Under the pieces are notes generated by a model. The model was not told where the DNA came from. It ran no database searches and saw nothing but the letters and a program-made list of their open reading frames with translations. This document shows, one piece after another, positions 21,859 through 31,635 of a DNA stretch of 64,000 nucleotides. Source of the DNA: an uncultured Pseudomonadales bacterium. Its GTDB lineage: Bacteria; Pseudomonadota; Gammaproteobacteria; Pseudomonadales; JADFDG01. Location: positions 3,689-67,688 of the forward strand of contig CAZNPF010000007.1 in the NCBI GenBank assembly GCA_964574995.1. Reading direction: 5' to 3'. How positions within the stretch are numbered: position 1 is the stretch's first letter; each line of letters opens with the position of its first letter. Both the position numbers and the translations under genes were made by a program.

Positions 21859-21933
21859 GCTTGGCTGCTTTACGATTGTCATTTAACTTTCCTTATTCAT
21901 TATCAATATTTGGAAAAACTGATCCGACGAATA

Positions 21934-24642
21934 CTAGCCCGTATTGCGCATACCGGCCGCTATGCCGGCGATGGTGACTTTCAACGCCTGCGCAATGGCC
22001 GGATCGACTTCACCGCCTTGCGCCAGCGCCGCGCGGTGTCGCCGGATCAATTCCGCCTGCAGCAAATGCAAAGGATCCGTGTAGGGATTGCGCACAGCAA
22101 TCGACCACTGCATTACCGGATTGCCCGCCAACAAGGACGGCTTGCCGGTGAGTGCGAGCAAATCTTCCACCGTGGACAGCAAATTGGTGCGCAACACGCG
22201 GCCCAACGGCTTGAGTGATTCATCGGCCAGTTGTTGTTCGTAATGTGCGGCGATGCGTTCATCCGCTTTGGCGAGCACCATCTCCAGCATGTCGATCACC
22301 GCTTGAAAATACGGCCAGCGCGTCAACATGGCATCGAATTCCGCGCGACGTTCCGGATGCTCACGTAACCAATGCAACGCCTGACCGGTGCCCAGCCACG
22401 CGGTCAACATCAAGCGAATCTGCGTCCACGCAAACACCCAGGGAATCGCGCGCAAACTGTCCAGCCCGCCTTCGGCGCGACGCTTGGCTGGGCGCGAACC
22501 CAGCGCCAATGTCGCCAATTCCTGCTCGGGCGTTACCGTGCGCAAGTAATCGACAAAACGCGGCTCGCCGCGCACCACATCGCGATAACTGTTGACGGCC
22601 AAGCGGGACAGGTGGTCCATCAATGCTCGCCAAGCCGCTTCCGGCGCGGGCGGCGGCAGCAACGTGGCTTCCAGTGTCGACGCGACATACACCTCGAGAT
22701 TTTCCAGCGCGACGCCTTCGAGGTCAAACTTGAAGCGAATCATTTCGCCTTGCTCGGTGACACGAATACGGCCTTGCACCGAACCGGGCGGCTGCGACAA
22801 CAACGCCTGCCGTGTCGGCGTGCCACCACGGCTCACCGAGCCGCCACGCCCGTGAAAAAGCTCGAGTTGTACGCCGTGTTTGACGCACACCGCAGTCAAC
22901 GCTTCCTGCGCACGATACTGCGCCCAACTGGCGGCGAGATAGCCCGCATCTTTGGCGGAATCGGAATAACCGATCATTACCTGCTGATAATTTCCGGTGC
23001 GCTGGCGATACAGCGGCAACGACAGCAGCGCATCGATGCTGGCGGCTGCGTGTTCTAAGTCATCCAACGTTTCAAACAACGGCACCACCGGCAGCGGTGT
23101 GCTCACGCCAGCAATTTTCTGCAGCAACGTAACCGCCAACACATCCGAAGGCGCATGCGCCATGGAAATCACGTAAACGCCAAACGCACTGCGCGGTTGC
23201 GTGGAAATCATGGCAAACGTGTCCAGCACTTCGCGCACTGCCGTGTCGCACACATCGGAGCTGCGGAATCCCGCGTCCACCAAAGGACGACGTGATCCCA
23301 ATTCATTTAACAGAAATTTCTGGCGTTCTGATTCATCCCATTGGGCGTAATCGCCCAGATTCAACCACCGCGTGATGGCTGACAACGCCGCCGTGTGTTG
23401 CGTCGATTCTTGACGAATATCCAGCCGCACCAACCCCAAGCCAAATGCCGACACCCGGCGCAGCGTATCGGTGAGCAAGCCATCCGCAATCCTAGCCATA
23501 CCGCAGGCGACGAGTGAGCGATGTGCCAATGCCAGCGGTGCGCGCAATGATTCGTCGTCCTGTAACACAGAACCCGCTGCCACCTCGCGGCCCACCAACA
23601 ACGCTTCGATGCCCTCACGCGTGGCACGTAAGCGATCGCGTAACTCTTTCATGAGCACGCGATACGGTTCCGGTGCGTCACCCACGTGCGCACGTAATTC
23701 ATTGCTGGCCTCGCGCATGGACAGTTCGCCCTGCAACTGTTCGACATCGCGCAAGAACAAATCCACGGCTTGCCAACGCGCCAACAAAATCACTTCACGC
23801 GTCACCGTGTGAGTGACGAACGGGTTACCGTCGCGATCGCCGCCCATCCAACTGCCAAACCGTACCGGCGCACACTCCAACGGCAACGGCTGCCCGGTCT
23901 GCACCAGCAGCCAGCGATCCAGTTCGCGCAAAAATTTCGGCACCGCCTGCCACAGTGTTTGTTCGAGAGTGGCAAAGCCCCACTTGGCCTCGTCCACGGG
24001 CGAAGGTCGGGTGTGGCGAATTTCATCGGTGTGCCACGCGGCAGACACGGTCCGCAACAACGCCGCCTGCATGTCGGCGCGCTCAGTCGGCGTGAGATCC
24101 CCTCGATCCAGTGCCGCCAAACGACGGGCGATGTCATCGTATTTGTGCATCAACGTCCGACGCGTCACTTCCGTGGGATGCGCCGTCAACACCAATTCCA
24201 CCGAGAGCGTACGCACCACGGCTGCCAGCTCATCGGCCGAAATGCCTTGCTGCGACAACGCCTGCGCCAATGCCGGAAAAGTGCCCAACTCCGGGGTGGC
24301 ACCGCGTTGCGTTTGCCGACGCATTCGTACCCGGTGGTGCTGTTCGGCAATGTTGGCCAAATTGAGAAATTGATTGAACGCACGCACAACGTGCAACAAA
24401 GCATCGCCATCCAACGCGGCCAGCGCCGGCAACAACGCGGACGCGGCGGAAACGTCGGTACGCCCAGCACGCGCATCCACCGACAAGCGCCGAATATGTT
24501 CGATACGGTCGAACAAGGCATCGCCGCCCTGCTCGCGCAACGTTTCGCCGAGCATTTCGCCCAACATACGCACGTTGTCACGCAACGGCGCATGGTCAGC
24601 AAGAACACTTTGGCTGGTCGAACGATCGCGGGACGCCGTCAT
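21934..24642 (-). CDS. ppc: Phosphoenolpyruvate carboxylase
   Basis: VLTAHPTEV, WMGGDRDGNP, VMIGYSDSAKD, FHGRGGSVSRGG, LRAIPWVFAW, C-terminal RNTG. Confidence 0.98.
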   Translation of the reverse strand: MTASRDRSTSQSVLADHAPLRDNVRMLGEMLGETLREQGGDALFDRIEHIRRLSVDARAGRTDVSAASALLPALAALDGDALLHVVRAFNQFLNLANIAEQHHRVRMRRQTQRGATPELGTFPALAQALSQQGISADELAAVVRTLSVELVLTAHPTEVTRRTLMHKYDDIARRLAALDRGDLTPTERADMQAALLRTVSAAWHTDEIRHTRPSPVDEAKWGFATLEQTLWQAVPKFLRELDRWLLVQTGQPLPLECAPVRFGSWMGGDRDGNPFVTHTVTREVILLARWQAVDLFLRDVEQLQGELSMREASNELRAHVGDAPEPYRVLMKELRDRLRATREGIEALLVGREVAAGSVLQDDESLRAPLALAHRSLVACGMARIADGLLTDTLRRVSAFGLGLVRLDIRQESTQHTAALSAITRWLNLGDYAQWDESERQKFLLNELGSRRPLVDAGFRSSDVCDTAVREVLDTFAMISTQPRSAFGVYVISMAHAPSDVLAVTLLQKIAGVSTPLPVVPLFETLDDLEHAAASIDALLSLPLYRQRTGNYQQVMIGYSDSAKDAGYLAASWAQYRAQEALTAVCVKHGVQLELFHGRGGSVSRGGTPTRQALLSQPPGSVQGRIRVTEQGEMIRFKFDLEGVALENLEVYVASTLEATLLPPPAPEAAWRALMDHLSRLAVNSYRDVVRGEPRFVDYLRTVTPEQELATLALGSRPAKRRAEGGLDSLRAIPWVFAWTQIRLMLTAWLGTGQALHWLREHPERRAEFDAMLTRWPYFQAVIDMLEMVLAKADERIAAHYEQQLADESLKPLGRVLRTNLLSTVEDLLALTGKPSLLAGNPVMQWSIAVRNPYTDPLHLLQAELIRRHRAALAQGGEVDPAIAQALKVTIAGIAAGMRNTG

Positions 24643-24782
24643 GTGCGTTCACCCCTCGCGAAGACAACGCGAGCTGCAAAATTGCCACTTTTATTGCTGC
24701 TGCCGGACTGTGCCAAGCGCAGCACCGTCTCTATCATAGGCCGCGTCCGAGCCCTGCCCACCACTGTCTTGCACACACCCGC

Positions 24783-25817
24783 ATGAATCCCATCATCCGC
24801 GACCGTTTTACGCTCAGCTGCGAACTGGGCGCGCGCCTGCTGTTCGCCATTGCCACCTTCCTGTATTTCATCGATCTGCCGCTGTCAGGCTGGACCGGTC
24901 ATCTGCCGCTGATGGTGGCGGCGCTGGTTGGCTACGTGATGCTGCAATCACTGCTGTTTGCCCGTGCGCTTTACGACAGCACGCTCAATGGCCGCGAATC
25001 GTGGTGGGTGCCGGGGCTGGCCGCCGTCGTCGACGGCGCGCTGGTTTTTGGCGCACTGGTGTCCGATCCCTACGACTTGCCACCCACGTTGCTGCTGGCG
25101 TTGCTCGCGGCGCTGAACCTCGGTATGCGGCACGGTATCCCGGGTTTTCTCGCGGCCATGCTGGGCGCAGGCACTGTCATCGCCGGGGCGATGTCGGTAC
25201 GCGGCTGGCACGTGGACATTGCTGTCGCCCATGCGCTGGATTATTCGCTGGTGTTCATGGCGCTGGGGCTGGGCTGGTTTGCGCTGCTGGCACGTCGCCG
25301 ACAAATTCTCGCCGAGGACGCCGCGCGTCACGCGGATATCGATACCGACACGCAACTGCTCAACCGTCACGGTTTCGACATGGCGATGCGTCACCTAGCG
25401 CCTCTGCAACACCGCACCAAAATGTCGGCCGTGATCATGGTGGCGAGCTTGGATCTGCGCGGCGGCGCAGCACTGGATCGCAAGCAACGCTTGGCCGCCG
25501 TAAAGCAATTCGGTCACACGGTACGTCAACGCGCACGACGCAGCGATGTCGTGGCACGCATTGCCGATGATGAATTCGTGTTCATGCTGTTCGATACACC
25601 GCCAGCCGGTGCCGAAACGTTGGCCCGCGCCATGGTGGGTTTGTTCGACGGCTGGGCCAGCTCGCAACAGCCCGCGCCGCGCTTGACCTTCGGATTGATC
25701 GCCATGCCAGAAGAACCGGCCGCGATCGATCAACTCATTGCCCGCGTCAAAAGCTCGGTGCTGCGCGCACAAAAACATCCATCCTCGCCGTCGGTGGTCT
25801 CCGCGCCGCCGCTTTGA
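24783..25817 (+). CDS. Multi-pass membrane protein with degenerate GGDEF domain
   Basis: ~6 hydrophobic segments then DTDTQLLNR...RRSDVVARIADDEF; GGDEF replaced by ADDEF. Confidence 0.75.
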   Translation: MNPIIRDRFTLSCELGARLLFAIATFLYFIDLPLSGWTGHLPLMVAALVGYVMLQSLLFARALYDSTLNGRESWWVPGLAAVVDGALVFGALVSDPYDLPPTLLLALLAALNLGMRHGIPGFLAAMLGAGTVIAGAMSVRGWHVDIAVAHALDYSLVFMALGLGWFALLARRRQILAEDAARHADIDTDTQLLNRHGFDMAMRHLAPLQHRTKMSAVIMVASLDLRGGAALDRKQRLAAVKQFGHTVRQRARRSDVVARIADDEFVFMLFDTPPAGAETLARAMVGLFDGWASSQQPAPRLTFGLIAMPEEPAAIDQLIARVKSSVLRAQKHPSSPSVVSAPPL

Positions 25818-25941
25818 GTTCGGCTGCCGATTGATCGGCGGGACGTGTGCAATTTCATGTTCCGCCGCTTAACGTCCGCCATCGAGCGGCCCATCAGCAC
25901 GCTGTGCTGTGCTGTGGTGCGTAGCAGCAACTCGCTACATT

Positions 25942-26742
25942 TCACAGCGGCAGCGTCTCGATTAAATACACATCGAAGCGGCTGGCACGGCCTTCCAGCG
26001 CATAACTGGGATGAATGTGCGCCAACCCGGATGCCGATAACGCCTCGGCACGCAGTGGGCGTTTGACCACGACGCGACGTGTGGCGGCGCGCAACGCAGC
26101 AGCCAACAAGTCGCTCGCATCGGGCGTATCACCCACCAACTTGTGCAACACCTGCATGTCGCCGCCCACCGCAGCGGTTTTTTCGCGCGGCGGAAACATC
26201 GGGTCGCAATAAACAACCTGCGGACGTTCGGCTTTTTCCTGCGCACGGCAGGCCTCGAGATACGGCAGCGATTCGCCCTGCACCAACGTCAACCGTGCAT
26301 GCACTTCAGCATTGGCCAATTGCAGCGCCGTGAGCGCGTCGTCGATCAGCAACGCCAATACCGGTTGGCGCTCCACCAGCGTCACTGTCGCGCCGCACAC
26401 CGCCAATAAATAACCGTCGCGTGCGAGGCCTGCCGTGGCATCGACGACACGCCATGCGCTGCCATCGTTGGGCACACCGCAGGCGCGCACCAGCATCTCC
26501 GAACGTGCCTGATTGATCTTGGCGCGATGGCGCAGATCGGCAAAATCTACCGCGAGCTTGGTGCGCTTACTGCCGTCGCGCAGTTCCAGATGCACGCCGC
26601 GTCCATCGCACACCAGCACAAGACCATCGTGTTGATGACGACGGTTATCAAGACCCGGCTCGAGCAACGGCAAACCCAGCGCAAGCACCGCCGCCGGCGG
26701 TTCGACTTGCGCCTCCAGATAAGCGGGCAATTCAAAATTCAT
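25942..26742 (-). CDS. rsmJ: 16S rRNA m2G1516 methyltransferase (RsmJ/YhiQ family)
   Basis: VVDATAGLARDG, VYCDPMFP, RRVVVKRP, RFDVY. Confidence 0.85.
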   Translation of the reverse strand: MNFELPAYLEAQVEPPAAVLALGLPLLEPGLDNRRHQHDGLVLVCDGRGVHLELRDGSKRTKLAVDFADLRHRAKINQARSEMLVRACGVPNDGSAWRVVDATAGLARDGYLLAVCGATVTLVERQPVLALLIDDALTALQLANAEVHARLTLVQGESLPYLEACRAQEKAERPQVVYCDPMFPPREKTAAVGGDMQVLHKLVGDTPDASDLLAAALRAATRRVVVKRPLRAEALSASGLAHIHPSYALEGRASRFDVYLIETLPL

Positions 26743-26749
26743 CGCGGAC

Positions 26750-27577
26750 TCAACCGCCCCAGCCGCCCAGCACGCCTTGCGAGGCTAGCACCAGCACCAC
26801 GCCACCAAACACGATGCGATACCACGCAAAACCGGTGAAATCGTGGCGCGACACAAAACGGATCAGCCAGCGCACCACCAACAAGGAACTGATGAACGAC
26901 GCCACCGAGCCCACCAGCAAAATGCCGATGTCGTCGGCGCTGAACAGTGCACGGTGTTTGTACACGTCGTAGGTAGTTGCGGCGAACATCACCGGGATCG
27001 CCAGAAAAAATGAAAATTCCGTGGCTGCCTTACGGCTAAGACCAAACAACAAACCACCGATGATGGTGGCACCGGAGCGCGACGTCCCCGGAATCAGCGC
27101 CAGACACTGCGCACAACCGATTTTAAGTGCGTCCAGCGGCGTCATGTCTTCGACTTCTTGCACGCGCACCGAATGCTGGCGCTTTTCGGCCCACAGGATC
27201 ACCACGCCACCGACGATCAGTGCCACAGCAACGGATTGCGCGTTGAACAAATACACTTTGATTTCGTGCAAGAACAAAAACCCGAGAATGGCTGCCGGCA
27301 AAAATGCAATCAGCAGGTTACCCACGAAACGCTGCGCCGGCTTTTCGGTGAGCACACCACGCGCCACGCCATAAAGACGCACCCGATATTCCCAGCACAC
27401 CGCCAGAATGGCGGCGAGCTGAATGGCGACCTCAAAGACATCCCGCCGATTTTTGTCGAGAAAGCCCAGCAGATCGCCTGCAATGATCAGGTGGCCGGTA
27501 GACGACACCGGAATGAACTCGGTGAGCCCTTCCACCACGCCCATGACAACGGTTTTGAGAAACAACACGGGATCCAC
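26750..27577 (-). CDS. uppP: Undecaprenyl-diphosphate phosphatase (BacA)
   Basis: [36 protein letters not shown]. Confidence 0.97.
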   Translation of the reverse strand: MDPVLFLKTVVMGVVEGLTEFIPVSSTGHLIIAGDLLGFLDKNRRDVFEVAIQLAAILAVCWEYRVRLYGVARGVLTEKPAQRFVGNLLIAFLPAAILGFLFLHEIKVYLFNAQSVAVALIVGGVVILWAEKRQHSVRVQEVEDMTPLDALKIGCAQCLALIPGTSRSGATIIGGLLFGLSRKAATEFSFFLAIPVMFAATTYDVYKHRALFSADDIGILLVGSVASFISSLLVVRWLIRFVSRHDFTGFAWYRIVFGGVVLVLASQGVLGGWGG

Positions 27578-27640
27578 GGTTCAGCGTCCTTTAATGGATA
27601 AATCGATATCGACTGGCAATTGCGCGTTCGGTTAATACAG

Positions 27641-27710
27641 TCACTGCGATAGCTTCACTGCGATAGCTTCACTGCGATAGCTTCACTGCGATAGCTTCAC
27701 TGCGATAGTT
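27641..27710. repeat. 14-bp tandem repeat, 5 copies (TCACTGCGATAGCT x4 + TCACTGCGATAGTT)
   Basis: Read directly; last copy contains the final codons and stop of the thioesterase. Confidence 0.97.
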
Positions 27711-28185
27711 GCGCCGTCACGCGATAACCGTCGACAAATTCCGGCGGCATGCGTTTGAGCGCACCCGTGCTGATGGCGACGCAAACCCATTGGGTTTTGC
27801 CACGCAGCAGCGTCTTGCCATCACGCGGGCGCACAAGCTGATACTGTCGCGTAATCGATATTCGCTGATCGTTTTCGACAATCCAGGTCGCCAACAGCAA
27901 TTCATCGTTTTCGAATGCCGGCAGCAGGTATTCCATTTCTGTGCGCCGCGCGACCATGGCGCGATCCAGCCGTTGGTACGCCGCCCAATCCAGGCCCAAC
28001 ACGTTGGAATGATCCCACGCGATTTTTTCCAGCCAGCGCAGATATTCGACGTTATTGGCATGACCCATGACGTCGATGCTCTCGGCACCGACGACATGCA
28101 CCAGCAAATGCGGCGACGGAAAATCCCAGCCGTCAAAAGCCGCAGCAGCCTGCGTCATCGACAAGGGCAACACGGTATTTGTCAT
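27697..28185 (-). CDS. Acyl-CoA thioesterase (hotdog fold, YbgC/4HBT family)
   Basis: DVMGHANNVEYLRW motif; ATGA overlap with tsaB stop. Confidence 0.88.
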   Translation of the reverse strand: MTNTVLPLSMTQAAAAFDGWDFPSPHLLVHVVGAESIDVMGHANNVEYLRWLEKIAWDHSNVLGLDWAAYQRLDRAMVARRTEMEYLLPAFENDELLLATWIVENDQRISITRQYQLVRPRDGKTLLRGKTQWVCVAISTGALKRMPPEFVDGYRVTAQLSQ

Positions 28186-28889
28186 TTCTTCCCCTGCTCG
28201 CCGATTTTTTTCCACGCCACCGTGTCACGCAGATAAAGCGGAAGCAACTGTTCCGGCGACACCGCTTCACCACGCGTCAGCGCACGCGCGGCCAGCGTCA
28301 ACACATCCAGCGCATCCGGCTCCGCCTCGATGATCCGTGCCGGCACGATGCCCAGCGTGGCTGTATCGTACGCACGCCAGCCACTACCAATGGCAATCAC
28401 CGCACGCTCTGCTGGCACACCGGATACAAATTCTTCCGGACGGCACAAACGATCCGCCGCCACCGCCAGCACACTGTCATCGTCAGCGCGCGCGTAAACG
28501 CCGGTGTAGAGCTCGCCCATGCGCGCATCCAGCGCCGGTAGCAACAACGTATTTGTCGGCACAGGCGTTTCCGTCGTCCGCACGATCTGCTGCGCTAACG
28601 CCGCCAACGTGGAAATCCCGATCGCCGGCACACCCGCACCAAATGCCAAACCTTGCGCCACGCTCACCGCCACGCGCACCCCGGTAAACGCGCCCGGACC
28701 GTGCGCGCAGGCCACGGCATCCAAATCGCGCAGCGCGACGCCCGCTTCGGCCAGCAGCGCTTCGACCAACGGCAAGACATGCGCCGTCTGTTCACGCGCA
28801 CCCGCATGGCGACGCACCCACACAGCATCGTCCGCGCGCAAAGCCACGGAGCAACATTCGGTGGACGTATCGATGGCCAACAATTTCAT
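28182..28889 (-). CDS. tsaB: tRNA t6A biosynthesis protein TsaB (YeaZ)
   Basis: MKLLAIDTS, GPGAFTGVRV, LDARMGELY, LPLYLRD; start 28889 overlaps yoaA stop. Confidence 0.95.
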   Translation of the reverse strand: MKLLAIDTSTECCSVALRADDAVWVRRHAGAREQTAHVLPLVEALLAEAGVALRDLDAVACAHGPGAFTGVRVAVSVAQGLAFGAGVPAIGISTLAALAQQIVRTTETPVPTNTLLLPALDARMGELYTGVYARADDDSVLAVAADRLCRPEEFVSGVPAERAVIAIGSGWRAYDTATLGIVPARIIEAEPDALDVLTLAARALTRGEAVSPEQLLPLYLRDTVAWKKIGEQGKK

Positions 28890-30823
28890 TCGGCAAGGGC
28901 ATCCAGTGCGGCAAAGAAATTCTGCACCACGTCTAATTTTCGCGTGCGACGCATCGACGGCAGGCTGTCGAGGAACAAACGACCATAGCCTTTGGACAGC
29001 AAGCGCGGATCGCACAACATCAGTACGCCGGTGTCGGTGACATCGCGTATCAATCGGCCCGCACCCTGCTTGAGCGTAATCACCGCCTGCGGAATCTGGT
29101 ATTCAGTAAATGCGTTGCGGCCTTGCCGCTTGAGCGCATCCATCCGTGCCGACAACAGCGGATCGCCCGGCGACGCAAACGGCAATTTGTCGATCACCAC
29201 CAGCGACAACGCTTCACCGCGCACGTCGATACCTTCCCAAAACGAACCGGTGCCCAGCAGGATGGCATTGCCGTGCTGACGGAACGCGTCGAGCAATTCA
29301 TTACGCCCAGCCGTGCCCTGCACGTAGAGCGGATACGGCAAGCGGCCTTCCAACAAACGCGCCGCTTCTTGCAACGCACGGTGCGAGGTAAACAACAAAA
29401 ACGCGCGGCCACGGCTGGCTTCCAACGCCGGGATTGCCGCCTCCACCACCGCCTGCGTGTAATGCGGTGCCGAGGGGTCCGGCATGTTTTCCGGCACATA
29501 CAGCGCCGCCTGCCGCGAGAAATCAAACGGGCTGGCCAATTTGAGCGTACGCGCGTCGTCTAAACCCAGTTCATCGACGAGGTGATCAAATTTTTCGCCG
29601 ACCGCCAACGTCGCCGACGTAAATATCCACGCTGCCTGCTTGCCATAGACCAGCGCATGCAGCGGCTCAGCCACCGTCAGCGGCGTCATACGGATGAGAA
29701 ATGCGCGCTGGAAGGTTTCAAACCAATGCACTTGATCGGCCGGTGCCTCACCGGTCAACTGCGCAAATTCGGCCAACAAACCACTGCAACGCTCCCAGGC
29801 TTTCGCCAGCCCGGTGCTGCGCGGCGCGGCCAGTTCCAACTGCGCACCCAGCGACTGCAACGCCTCGTTCAGTTGCTTGATCGCCTGCTGCACCGCGCGC
29901 TGTGTCGATACCTCGGCCCACGCCGCGCGACGCGCGCCTTCACCCAGCGCCAAGCGCAAATCCAGCACGCCCTTCTCGACAGCATCGGCAGCGGTGAAAA
30001 GTTCTTTCTGATCGCCCGCACCACGGCCACCTTCCAGCCGCGCATCGCGCGCCAGTTCACTCAACTGCCGGCTGGACACTTGGCTACCAAAAAACTGCGA
30101 CGCCACCTCGCCCACCTGATGCGCTTCATCGATCACGATGGCATTGGCGGTCGGCAGAATTTCACCAAACCCGCCGTCCTTGAGCGCCGCGTCGGCAAAT
30201 AGCAGGTGATGGTTCACCACCACCAGATCGGCCTCCTGCGCGTGCTTGCGCGCACGCAGCACCGGGCATTGATCCGCCTTCGGGCATTCCGCGCCCAAAC
30301 AGTTTTCGGTGGTGCTGGTGACAAACGGCCAAACACCCGCCCCTTCCGGGATGCGTGACAATTCAGCGATATCACCGTCGACCGTCGTCGCCGCCCAACG
30401 CGCCACCACTTGCAGATCGTTGACGATTTCGCGGCTGGCGAAACGACCATCTTCCAAACTCGTTTCCAACCGGTACGGGCACAAATAATTGCTGCGTCCC
30501 TTGAGCAGAGCCACGCGCACGGCCCCACCGAGCGACGGACCGAGCGCTTTCAGCACGCGCGGGATATCACGATGGAACAATTGATCCTGCAGGCTGCGTG
30601 TGCCGGTGGACACAATCACCTTGCGACCAGACAGCAAAGCCGGCACCAGATACGCAAACGTTTTGCCGGTGCCGGTGCCCGCTTCAACCACTAAACGCGC
30701 ATCGTCGGCGATGGCGGACTCCACCGCAGACGCCATTTCGCGCTGCACATCACGTGGCGCAAAACCGTCGATGACGCGCTGGAAGGGGCCGGAGGGGCCG
30801 AGAATGTCACTGGCTCGTTGCAT
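28886..30823 (-). CDS. yoaA: ATP-dependent DNA helicase, DinG/YoaA (XPD) family with Fe-S cluster
   Basis: EAGTGTGKT, LKGRSNYLC, cluster Cys residues, DEAH, QGAGRLIR; adjacent to tsaB as in E. coli. Confidence 0.9.
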   Translation of the reverse strand: MQRASDILGPSGPFQRVIDGFAPRDVQREMASAVESAIADDARLVVEAGTGTGKTFAYLVPALLSGRKVIVSTGTRSLQDQLFHRDIPRVLKALGPSLGGAVRVALLKGRSNYLCPYRLETSLEDGRFASREIVNDLQVVARWAATTVDGDIAELSRIPEGAGVWPFVTSTTENCLGAECPKADQCPVLRARKHAQEADLVVVNHHLLFADAALKDGGFGEILPTANAIVIDEAHQVGEVASQFFGSQVSSRQLSELARDARLEGGRGAGDQKELFTAADAVEKGVLDLRLALGEGARRAAWAEVSTQRAVQQAIKQLNEALQSLGAQLELAAPRSTGLAKAWERCSGLLAEFAQLTGEAPADQVHWFETFQRAFLIRMTPLTVAEPLHALVYGKQAAWIFTSATLAVGEKFDHLVDELGLDDARTLKLASPFDFSRQAALYVPENMPDPSAPHYTQAVVEAAIPALEASRGRAFLLFTSHRALQEAARLLEGRLPYPLYVQGTAGRNELLDAFRQHGNAILLGTGSFWEGIDVRGEALSLVVIDKLPFASPGDPLLSARMDALKRQGRNAFTEYQIPQAVITLKQGAGRLIRDVTDTGVLMLCDPRLLSKGYGRLFLDSLPSMRRTRKLDVVQNFFAALDALAE

Positions 30824-30907
30824 GGCCGGCATTCTAGCCAGCGGCGCGCGCTATGCGTCGGATCCCAAACAAATCACGACGACGAATCGGCGCGGAGCCC
30901 AGAAACA

Positions 30908-30933
30908 AGAAGCCCCGGCGAACCGGGGCTTCT
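30908..30933 (-). terminator. Terminator downstream of H1-like gene
   Basis: Minus strand AGAAGCCCCGG-ttcg-CCGGGGCTTCT followed by TGTTT. Confidence 0.75.
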
Positions 30934-30977
30934 ACTGCACAAGGTGCTAGGTACAAGACGCCAGAGGCGTCGGCGAA

Positions 30978-31574
30978 TTACTTCTTCTTCGCCTTCTTGG
31001 CCTTGCGAGCCTTTTTAGCCTTCGGCTTCTTAACCTTGGCTACTTTGGCTTTCTTAGCTTTCTTGGCTTTCTTAGCGCCTTTCTTAGCAGCTTTCTTGGC
31101 TTTTTTAGCAGCCTTGGCAGCGGCTTTCTTGGCTTTAGCAGCAGCGCGCTTGTCGGCTTTCGCCTTCTTCGCAGCAGCTTTCTTAGCAGCCTTAGCAGCA
31201 GCCTTGGCTTTCTTAGCAGCCGCTTTCTTCGCCTTAGCAGCAGCGCGCTTCTGGGCCTTCTTGGCCTTGGCGGCGTCGCGACGGGCTTTCTTAGCTGCGG
31301 CTTTCTTCGCCTTGGCAGCGGCTTTGCGGGCCTTTACGGCAGCGCGCTTGGCAGCGGTCTTGGCTTTTTTAGCAGCGGCTTTTGCTGCTTTCTTCGCCTT
31401 GGCAACTGCGGCCTTGGCTTCTTTCACGCCTTTCTTGGCGGCTTTGGCGGCTTTCAGGGCAGCTTGCGCGGCCTTGAGTTTAGCTGCTGCGTCCTTAGCA
31501 GCGGCGCCACTGACTTTTACTGCGTCGACTTTCGGTTTAGCGGCCTTGCGGGCCTTTTTCTTGGCTTTAGCCAT
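30978..31574 (-). CDS. Histone H1-like Lys/Ala-rich basic protein (~198 aa)
   Basis: AGGAG RBS 8 nt before ATG, own promoter and terminator; ~78 Lys and ~87 Ala by hand count; no aromatic, Cys or His residues. Confidence 0.85.
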   Translation of the reverse strand: MAKAKKKARKAAKPKVDAVKVSGAAAKDAAAKLKAAQAALKAAKAAKKGVKEAKAAVAKAKKAAKAAAKKAKTAAKRAAVKARKAAAKAKKAAAKKARRDAAKAKKAQKRAAAKAKKAAAKKAKAAAKAAKKAAAKKAKADKRAAAKAKKAAAKAAKKAKKAAKKGAKKAKKAKKAKVAKVKKPKAKKARKAKKAKKK

Positions 31575-31635
31575 TTTCATTTCTCCTAAGCTACCGCGGT
31601 TTTTTTTGACACCCATTGGCGAGGTGTCGAGGCGG

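Noticed and set aside
27641-27710. Tandem repeat considered as a CRISPR array
   Set aside because: Units are 14 bp and contiguous with no spacers; no cas genes in the window.
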